From a virus: DNA of 64,000 nucleotides. The stretch lies in IMG/VR virus record IMGVR_UViG_3300037961_006825, positions 10,205 through 74,204 of that record; one strand, given 5' to 3'. The position numbers were made by a program, and so were the translations under genes. This document shows, piece after piece, positions 57,135 through 64,000 of the stretch. How positions within the stretch are numbered: the first letter of the stretch is position 1; the number at the start of each line of letters is the position of its first letter. The notes beneath the pieces are model-generated. The model did no database searches and had not been told where the DNA came from. It saw nothing but the letters and a program-made list of their open reading frames with translations.

Positions 57135-60100
57135 ATGGCAGATCAGAGAATATTTAGACCTTATTCACCACGCATTAGAAATAGTGGTATATTAAGACCT
57201 GAGACTCCTAACTTTACTGTTCCTGGTATAAAATTAACAAATACACCTAACTTAACATCATTGAATTTAGGTGGAGGTAGAGTACCTGAAGACTTACCTC
57301 CTATAATTTTTGAAGGTTTATATAGAAATGATTTAAAATTAGCTGACCAGTTCTTTGGTGTCACTACTGGTGAAGAATATACTATAGGAGATGGAGTAGC
57401 TATAAACGGGTTTGGTGACTATATAGCATTCAATGGAGAAAGAATCAATAGTAGTAACCATATTACTGATGTATCTGCATATAAATATGAGCATGTTCTA
57501 TCAAATTTATCAGCTCAGAATGATTCAGAATTAGGAGCTAGATTTTATGATACTGTTAGTAGTAAATTTTTAAGTAACTCTGGTAGTGGTTCATTATATT
57601 ATAATGCAAGTGCAGGTGCTATTCAGTTTGACGGTATTGATGATTATGTAGATTTACAATTTATACCTAATAGTAATTTAGAAATAGAATGTGTATATAG
57701 ATGGGTAGGAGGTGATACTGTGTTTGTATCACCTCGTAATGGTAATTATCCTATTTTCGGGGCTGATGGAGGTACTAGTTCTTTAATAAGCAAATCTATA
57801 CTTTTTAGTTTTGGTCTTAAAAAAGATGGTGCAGGTGTTGAATATTATCAAACTTGTTATGGTAATAGAGATGGTGAAAGTGGTTGCGACTTTGTAAAGA
57901 CTGGGGTAGGAGCTACAGCTCAAACATCTTTTGACCCTAGAGATTACTCTAAATTTGTAAAAGTTAGATTGAGTAATGGGGTCTGGTATCTATCAGATGA
58001 AGATGGAAGTAATGAAGAAGTTGTATCTAATCGTTGTAACCCTAATACGCAAGGAGTTGAACTACCATTTGAAAATAATTGCTCATTCATATTAGGTGCT
58101 AGTAATTCAGATACTGGACCTCAAAGATTTACTAACATAGAAATAAAGAGTTTTAAAGCTACACAAACTAATAGACCTTATCCATCTGAAAGATTTTCAA
58201 GCAAAAATTATCTTTCTTCTACAGAGTTTAAGCATATAACTACATTTAAGCCAATAATAAGAAATATATTTCAAGGATTTGGTAATGGAGACGGTCAAAC
58301 TAGTATTGCATATAGTCAAGATGGTAAAACTATTGCTATTTTAGGTAGAGGAGATGATTCTAATACCGGTAATGGTGGTGCAGTATATGTTTATTCTGAA
58401 GCTGATCATGGTGAGTATGAAGGTTATAGAGCAAAGGGTCAGGTAATATACGGTACACCTAATGTTAATAGTAGTGCAAATTTTGGTCCTATAGCTTTAT
58501 CACAGGATGGTAATTTATTATTCGTTGGTAATAGATATGATACCTCAATTTTAGGAGATACTTTTGCAGGTTCAGTAAGTGCTTTAAGATATTTATCTGC
58601 TAATGACGGTTCATCGTATTGGAAGGTAGAATCATCAGTGGAAGGTCCTTCAGGTACTAATGTATCGTTTGGAGGTAATTTTGATATAAATTATGATGGT
58701 ACAAAATTAGCAGTTAGTGATAGAGGATTTAATTCTAATAACGGTACAGTTCATTTTTATATATCAGGTGCAGGTAGTTCTCAATTTACTTTACTAACAT
58801 CTTTTGTAGATCAAAATACTAGTAAAATTACAAATACACAATTTAGTAAACGTTATGGTAATTATTTATCAATATCGCCTTTAGGTAATAAATTAGCAGC
58901 TAGCTCTCCTAAAAGAAAAGCAGCATGGGATTTGTTATTAAACCCTGATAATAGACCTACTGGCTCAAGTGATACAGTGATAGATGATATAGGAGCATAT
59001 GATATATTTGATATAAGTGTAATGCCAGAACGAACTACTGTATTATCAGCTGATTATTCGAATAACTTACAACCAAAAGATGATGTAAGTTTCTTATTCC
59101 CTGACAATAGAGAAGCATTTTTTGGAGGAGTTACAAAATTTAATTATGATGGATCTATTTTCTTAGGGTCTGGAGATGTTCTTTTTAATAATCCTTTTTA
59201 TCCAGTAGATCAAGCCGGCGCTGGTTTTGCAGCAGACGGAGGCCCTAATGCAAGAAATGCAGGTTACATTAATATACATGCTCTATCAGCATTACACTTA
59301 CAACGTGATACTCGTTTAATGTCTACTAGCGCAGTACAAATGTTTGATGATAGTTTTAAACCTCAAGAATATCGCGAATTAATTAATAACTATGGTAGAT
59401 TATATACACATCAAGGCTTTATTAATGATGTAGGTTTACTAGATACAAGAGATGTTGGTATATTATCAGGTTCAAATAGAACTGCATTAGATAATTTTGG
59501 CAATGTTGATTATGATCAAAGTATGTATGGTAGTAATTATAATATTGATAACTCATTTGATTCATTAATAGTTGGAGCTCAGGGATTTTTTGCATTAAAT
59601 TCAGAACCAGGTGTATCTGATAATGGTAAGAGAGGTTTAGTACAGGTGTTTAAAAGAGAGAATGAACCTGATTACTACTATCAAACAAGACATATATCGA
59701 ATGGATTTACTCAAAACATAGATAATTTGTATATGAATATATCATTCTCTAAAATGAGTATAACAAGAGTAAGCGCAGCTACAGAAGGGTTACCAAGACC
59801 TCCATTTCAAATAAGAGGTGATATACAAGACCCAATGGTAGTTAAATTTACATTAACTGAAGATGGAAATGATTCTGTACAGCAATTAGCTTTATTTGGT
59901 TCTCAAAATACAGATGATGGGGTATCATCTTCTTATAGTACTGGTACTAATAACGATCCTATGAGAGATGCAGTCGATGGTATAGTAGACTTTACTTATT
60001 ATGTACCAGCAGACAATCCTATGGTGGGAGAGTATTGGCAAGTAGGTACATCATTCAGCAGTAGTATAGGTGGCCCTCTTTCATATTCACCTAATGGAGT

Positions 60101-60335
60101 TAAGATAGTAGGTGGTGAATGGACTAAAGTTAAACTATATTATGGAGAGAGATTTGGTGGTGTTGATAAAAGTATGTCAGTTAGAAGATTTATAGCTAAC
60201 TTTAAACAAGCTGGTAAACTATTAAATGATGGTACTGATGAAAGAGGTAGTCCTGGTAAAACAGGCGATCATTTCTATATATCAGAGTATATAATATCAA
60301 ATAGGTTCGATAAAGCTAAATCAACTAATCCTTAA
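57135..60335 (+). CDS. Large virion/receptor-binding-like protein (ConA-like lectin segment plus FG-GAP-like propeller repeats)
   Basis: FDGIDDYV; repeated S-x-DG-x-x-x-A-x-G / G-x-V-x-x-Y units; late box. Confidence 0.6.
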   Translation: MADQRIFRPYSPRIRNSGILRPETPNFTVPGIKLTNTPNLTSLNLGGGRVPEDLPPIIFEGLYRNDLKLADQFFGVTTGEEYTIGDGVAINGFGDYIAFNGERINSSNHITDVSAYKYEHVLSNLSAQNDSELGARFYDTVSSKFLSNSGSGSLYYNASAGAIQFDGIDDYVDLQFIPNSNLEIECVYRWVGGDTVFVSPRNGNYPIFGADGGTSSLISKSILFSFGLKKDGAGVEYYQTCYGNRDGESGCDFVKTGVGATAQTSFDPRDYSKFVKVRLSNGVWYLSDEDGSNEEVVSNRCNPNTQGVELPFENNCSFILGASNSDTGPQRFTNIEIKSFKATQTNRPYPSERFSSKNYLSSTEFKHITTFKPIIRNIFQGFGNGDGQTSIAYSQDGKTIAILGRGDDSNTGNGGAVYVYSEADHGEYEGYRAKGQVIYGTPNVNSSANFGPIALSQDGNLLFVGNRYDTSILGDTFAGSVSALRYLSANDGSSYWKVESSVEGPSGTNVSFGGNFDINYDGTKLAVSDRGFNSNNGTVHFYISGAGSSQFTLLTSFVDQNTSKITNTQFSKRYGNYLSISPLGNKLAASSPKRKAAWDLLLNPDNRPTGSSDTVIDDIGAYDIFDISVMPERTTVLSADYSNNLQPKDDVSFLFPDNREAFFGGVTKFNYDGSIFLGSGDVLFNNPFYPVDQAGAGFAADGGPNARNAGYINIHALSALHLQRDTRLMSTSAVQMFDDSFKPQEYRELINNYGRLYTHQGFINDVGLLDTRDVGILSGSNRTALDNFGNVDYDQSMYGSNYNIDNSFDSLIVGAQGFFALNSEPGVSDNGKRGLVQVFKRENEPDYYYQTRHISNGFTQNIDNLYMNISFSKMSITRVSAATEGLPRPPFQIRGDIQDPMVVKFTLTEDGNDSVQQLALFGSQNTDDGVSSSYSTGTNNDPMRDAVDGIVDFTYYVPADNPMVGEYWQVGTSFSSSIGGPLSYSPNGVKIVGGEWTKVKLYYGERFGGVDKSMSVRRFIANFKQAGKLLNDGTDERGSPGKTGDHFYISEYIISNRFDKAKSTNP

Positions 60336-60349
60336 TATTAAATATTATT

Positions 60350-61123
60350 ATGAGCATTAATAAGAAAGTTATAGTCCCTGGTATAGGTAAAGTAATATCG
60401 AAAAACAAGAGACCAAAGCGCAGAATCCCAACACCATCATTAAAAATATTGGGGCACTCCGGAGCACCGGAATCATTTTTAGATAAATATATTAGATTTG
60501 CTCAAGTAGCGCCATATGTTGAGAACGCACCTAATGGTGAAGTTACTTTATTTGCAAGAGCTAATGGGGCTCTATATAGCGATTCAGGTGATTCATCATA
60601 TGAAAATGGATTAGATAGGTCTTTTCAAAAGGTAGTTATCCCTAATTTTCTTGGAGTGGAGTTTGATGAACCATTTTTAATAGAAGATGGTAGATTAATT
60701 ATAGGAGATCAAGTATCAGGTGCAGGTGAAAAGAGATGTAATGTTGTAGGTCCTCCTCATGGAACATTACCTGACCCTCCACCTGGTATATATCCAACTA
60801 CATGTACATTCTTTAATATAGACTTAAAACCATCTGACGTTACTAATGCGTTAGGTCTATGTCCTAATTCATCAACTGGTGTAGTTGGTAATGTAAAAGA
60901 CTACGTAGTATATTATTATCAATGGGAAGGCCAAGCAGGTGGAGGTACCCAAGACAATATTAACATTAATATAAGCCATTTTGATAATCAAGAGTTTACT
61001 GTACGTAAAGATGATTCATCATTAACAGGAACTTGCGATTGTATGATTAAAAGAATTTCAGATAATAAGATAGTAAGACTTACAGGATCATTAACCTCGT
61101 TCACTGAAACGGTAATGCAATAA
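60350..61123 (+). CDS. Hypothetical late protein
   Basis: TAAATA before ATG; basic N-terminal arm. Confidence 0.55.
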   Translation: MSINKKVIVPGIGKVISKNKRPKRRIPTPSLKILGHSGAPESFLDKYIRFAQVAPYVENAPNGEVTLFARANGALYSDSGDSSYENGLDRSFQKVVIPNFLGVEFDEPFLIEDGRLIIGDQVSGAGEKRCNVVGPPHGTLPDPPPGIYPTTCTFFNIDLKPSDVTNALGLCPNSSTGVVGNVKDYVVYYYQWEGQAGGGTQDNININISHFDNQEFTVRKDDSSLTGTCDCMIKRISDNKIVRLTGSLTSFTETVMQ

Positions 61124-61131
61124 ATATAAGT

Positions 61132-61656
61132 ATGGCTAAGCTACCATTCAATAATAGAAACGCTTTCAACGCGTTTGCTAATAATACCAACAGAGGTAGA
61201 AGACCAAAATTCTCAATAAACTATATTAATAAGGTAACTGTAAAGGAACCTAAACCTCTCGAGTTAAACTATCCCGGTGCAGTTAAAGAAGAAAAAGAAA
61301 AGCCTTTAGTTTTAAATTACTTTAATAAGACTAAAAGAGACTCTATTACAATTGGAGGTAATAATAGAAAGTCATTTACTGCATCTGATGTAGGAACTCC
61401 TACATCTGTAACAATAGCTAATGCAGATAGTTCTGCGTTTAATGATACATATAATAAAACTACAGTTGATGGTCAAGTAAGATATTTAGTAGTTGCAGCT
61501 AGATATATCTTTTTCGATACTGGTACTAGTAAATGGTCATTATTTAATAATAGTGTTATTGCTACATTACCTGCATCTGTTACAGAATCAGATGGCTTCT
61601 GGTCATCAAATGCATGGACAGGTTTCTTAACTAACGCCACATATACATTGGGTTAA
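61132..61656 (+). CDS. Hypothetical late protein
   Basis: TAAATA before ATG; internal duplication KPLELNY / KPLVLNY. Confidence 0.55.
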   Translation: MAKLPFNNRNAFNAFANNTNRGRRPKFSINYINKVTVKEPKPLELNYPGAVKEEKEKPLVLNYFNKTKRDSITIGGNNRKSFTASDVGTPTSVTIANADSSAFNDTYNKTTVDGQVRYLVVAARYIFFDTGTSKWSLFNNSVIATLPASVTESDGFWSSNAWTGFLTNATYTLG

Positions 61657-61776
61657 TATATAGCAAAAAAAAATTTCTCAAAAAAATAGTGGCATGACCT
61701 CTCCCGTTTCTGGAACTCCGGTCTCTATAGTATGAATATTCGCACGTTAACTTCTCTGAGCGCGGGTCTCTCTGAC

Positions 61777-61807
61777 AAAAAGGGGCCCCTCTCGGCGAAG
61801 GACCCCT
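61777..61807 (-). terminator. Intrinsic terminator for the leftward early-like genes
   Basis: Minus strand AGGGGTCCTTC-GCCGA-GAGGGGCCCC-TTTTT. Confidence 0.75.
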
Positions 61808-61893
61808 CTACTATATGTTAACCAAATCTCTACTCGGCCTTTCGGGCGGCTCTTATATCGAGTTTATACTCTCGAGGCCCATCAAGTATCAGG

Positions 61894-62409
61894 TTAGCAT
61901 GCAACCTCCTCTTTATACTTAGCCTTTTTAACTTCGTCTATATACCAAGAGCGCTCTCTACTCTCCATATCATGCCACTTACTATACTCTTCGTAAGTTA
62001 ACTCAACAAATCCAAATCCGGCACAACCAAAGTACTTCTTCTTATCATCATCAATACCAAACTGAATAACATCTCCGCAAGACATACTACGATGACCATA
62101 GTTACGATAAAAGTTCTTAGGGCTAATCCAATCAGCTCCGTCTTGCTTCTCTTCTAGCTTACGACCTTCGGAACGAGGATCATTATTAATCTGCTCTAGA
62201 GTCAACGACCAACTATCGAACATATTCTGAGTCGCTCTATAGATCTTCTCACACTTACCAACCCAATCTAACTTAGTAGCAGGCATATTAAAGTTACCAA
62301 CACATACTACTTCATTACCATCTTCAAAGGCTCCAAACCAAATCTTACCTCTTAAGCCATATCCTACTTTATTCATAATTTTATCCTTCTTGGTTAACGT
62401 TTCAAACAT
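61894..62409 (-). CDS. Hypothetical early protein (YodL-like RSMSxGD motif)
   Basis: GHRSMSCGDVI; the likely true start is MNKVGY (62376), which has an AAGGA SD. Confidence 0.6.
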   Translation of the reverse strand: MFETLTKKDKIMNKVGYGLRGKIWFGAFEDGNEVVCVGNFNMPATKLDWVGKCEKIYRATQNMFDSWSLTLEQINNDPRSEGRKLEEKQDGADWISPKNFYRNYGHRSMSCGDVIQFGIDDDKKKYFGCAGFGFVELTYEEYSKWHDMESRERSWYIDEVKKAKYKEEVAC

Positions 62410-62444
62410 AAATTAATTATACCATAGTTCCTAGGAGAGGGGAC

Positions 62445-62990
62445 TTATCGTCCCGCTCTCGCAGCTTTCATCTGAGGTTCTGGAAAGAGCTCCATCTGAG
62501 CCTCTATAGGTTCCACTTTCACCACATCAATCACCTTACGAGTAGGTCGGAACTCTTCACCAGCATTATCAACTAACGTTCCATCTTTAACAGTAAAGAC
62601 ATGCTTTGCTACAAATACAAGGAACGTTCCTGCTGGAAAGTCTTTCATAAACGACTTAACGGTCTTGTTCCTATAGATATACTCACCGTATAGCTTATAA
62701 CGGTTCCGTATATATTGACGCTGCACATACTTAAAGCGGAACTTCTTACCGTCTAGTTCCAGTTCCTCTTCCTGCATACCTATGCACTTCTTTACCATAT
62801 TAAGGCAACCTCTCTTATCGGAACGATCGAAGCGTTCCTTTAAGAACTTATGAGCGGTATCGTACCCAATACCTACTGCGGTAGCGATCGCTCTAACGGA
62901 ACAGTCATTTCGTTCCCCTTTACTAGTCTCAGTCGGAGTTAGTACCGACGATGCATATTCATAACTTAACAACTTATTTGGTTTTGACAT
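62445..62990 (-). CDS. Hypothetical early protein, papain-like Cys/His motif
   Basis: NDCSVRAIA...HVFTVKDG-x-x-x-D; GAGG SD. Confidence 0.55.
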   Translation of the reverse strand: MSKPNKLLSYEYASSVLTPTETSKGERNDCSVRAIATAVGIGYDTAHKFLKERFDRSDKRGCLNMVKKCIGMQEEELELDGKKFRFKYVQRQYIRNRYKLYGEYIYRNKTVKSFMKDFPAGTFLVFVAKHVFTVKDGTLVDNAGEEFRPTRKVIDVVKVEPIEAQMELFPEPQMKAARAGR

Positions 62991-63047
62991 ATAATATTTC
63001 CTCTTTAATGGTTAATCTTAATTACTCTCTGATTATATCAGAGTTCC

Positions 63048-63488
63048 CTAATCGTCTCGGCCCCCGCCAACCTTTCCGGAAATCCAATCATGCACATCAT
63101 CGATAGTCGTCGATCCGGTATCCAAAAAGACGCAATCATCCTCCTCTAACTTCGAATCGAGCTCATATAGCTTAGTCTTAGTCGATTCAGCCCAATACCA
63201 TATGCCATTTATATTAACATAGATATGACCGTTATGAGGTATTTGCTTAGCTACCTCTTGCCAGGTCTCTCCAGTATAAGGTGGATTACCTGCTTCGAAG
63301 TAACGAACGCCTCCGAAGTCATCTATCTCAGCAATATCGCCTCCATCAATCAAAGTCTCGACCTTATCTCGAGTATTGAAAAAGTTCTTAAGCTTAGCAC
63401 CTAGCCCGGCTAGATATCCATCCCAATGACTATACACTCCTCGCATACCCACGCTATCGTTCATTATTACTGCTGCTCTCGTCGCCAT
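63048..63488 (-). CDS. Conserved-type phage early hypothetical protein
   Basis: MATR...YSHWDGY-x-x-GLG motif; AAGGA SD. Confidence 0.65.
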   Translation of the reverse strand: MATRAAVIMNDSVGMRGVYSHWDGYLAGLGAKLKNFFNTRDKVETLIDGGDIAEIDDFGGVRYFEAGNPPYTGETWQEVAKQIPHNGHIYVNINGIWYWAESTKTKLYELDSKLEEDDCVFLDTGSTTIDDVHDWISGKVGGGRDD

Positions 63489-63533
63489 ATTATTATCCTT
63501 GGTTAACTTTTTATCTTTATTATATCAGAGTTC

Positions 63534-63626
63534 CTATCGATTAGTTACCCACCATACGAATGAAGTAAATCCATATACGAATAGCGCGCCTAATACGATG
63601 ATCCCTAGCTCTATTAATTTATCCAT
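63534..63626 (-). CDS. Small single-TM protein (30 aa), unannotated
   Basis: MDKLIELGIIVLGALFVYGFTSFVWWVTNR with AGGAG SD and its own promoter motif. Confidence 0.6.
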   Translation of the reverse strand: MDKLIELGIIVLGALFVYGFTSFVWWVTNR

Positions 63627-64000
63627 ATCTATCTCCTAACTACCTCTATTATACATTTGTTCCTCTTTCGTGCTGCTCCGGAAGAACGAACCGAATAAGG
63701 AACAGTGATATAATTAATGTATAACCGGAACGGGTAGGTGTTAAAAGAAAAGCCCGGACGCAGAGCCTAAAGGGTTGGGGAGGACTGTCTAGAGGACCCC
63801 CGCGGGGGGTTTCCGGAAAGGGCTATCTTCCGGAAGGGGGTCTCCGAGTCTCCGAGAACGCGATAGAGCGGGCGACGCGCGGGGGAAGAAAAAGTTCGGA
63901 GAGGGTTGGTCTCATACTCACTCTTAGCAGATGTCTCCTATCTTTCTCGGGGTAGGCGTAGAGGTTTCGCTATTATATCTTACTGAACGCACCCTTGCAG

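Larger units (their letters stand above)
62416..63714. promoter_or_regulatory. Cluster of five GGAAC-N5-TATAAT promoter motifs
   Basis: Minus strand: 62416-62431, 63032-63047, 63519-63534, 63648-63663. Plus strand: 63699-63714. Confidence 0.75.

Noticed and set aside
2300-57364. Short antisense or out-of-frame ORFs in the track (e.g. 2300, 4202, 4414, 4496, 9305, 10539, 11409, 11589, 12201, 16685, 18319, 19935, 25794, 29437, 30964, 33246, 34201, 35278, 38971, 39920, 40429, 41984, 42605, 47559, 54636, 54857, 56560, 57161)
   Set aside because: Shadows of well-supported genes, with no motifs or expression signals.
1-64000. Stop-codon reassignment, tRNA or rRNA genes
   Set aside because: Core genes are full length under code 11, all three stops terminate genes, and no cloverleaf or rRNA-like sequence was recognised by eye (a tRNAscan run would be definitive).

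Overview
AT-rich segment (roughly 28-30% GC by eye) of a large T4-like myophage genome, probably aquatic. A Verrucomicrobia/PVC host is suggested but unproven. It carries the T4-type head and neck genes (gp23, gp22, gp21, gp20, gp15, gp13, gp4, gp5-like hub) in a shuffled order, class Ia ribonucleotide reductase (nrdA-ferredoxin-nrdB), a DinG-like helicase, gp62-like clamp loader subunit, GroES and Hsp20. Accessory modules: (i) curlin-repeat protein + FecR + CHASE2 adenylate cyclase; (ii) a ~10 kb glycosylation cluster with an MBL-Rieske enzyme; (iii) TGT/DpdA-like protein + P-loop kinase + QueF, suggesting 7-deazaguanine DNA modification; (iv) an unannotated glnA-type glutamine riboswitch upstream of an unannotated 57-aa YRG-repeat (DUF4278-like) gene; (v) Mn-SOD and NUDIX with capsid-targeting-like N-termini. 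Non-coding signals read directly from the DNA: T4-like late TATAAATA boxes and sigma70-like TATAAT boxes placed 5-8 nt before ATG (apparently leaderless mRNAs), a recurrent GGAAC-N5-TA(T/A)AAT promoter motif (10 copies), several intrinsic terminators, a candidate lipoprotein gene nested inside a holin-like gene, and a GC-richer early-like region at the right end. No tRNA, rRNA or CRISPR array was seen. All family calls come from motif recognition, not database searches.
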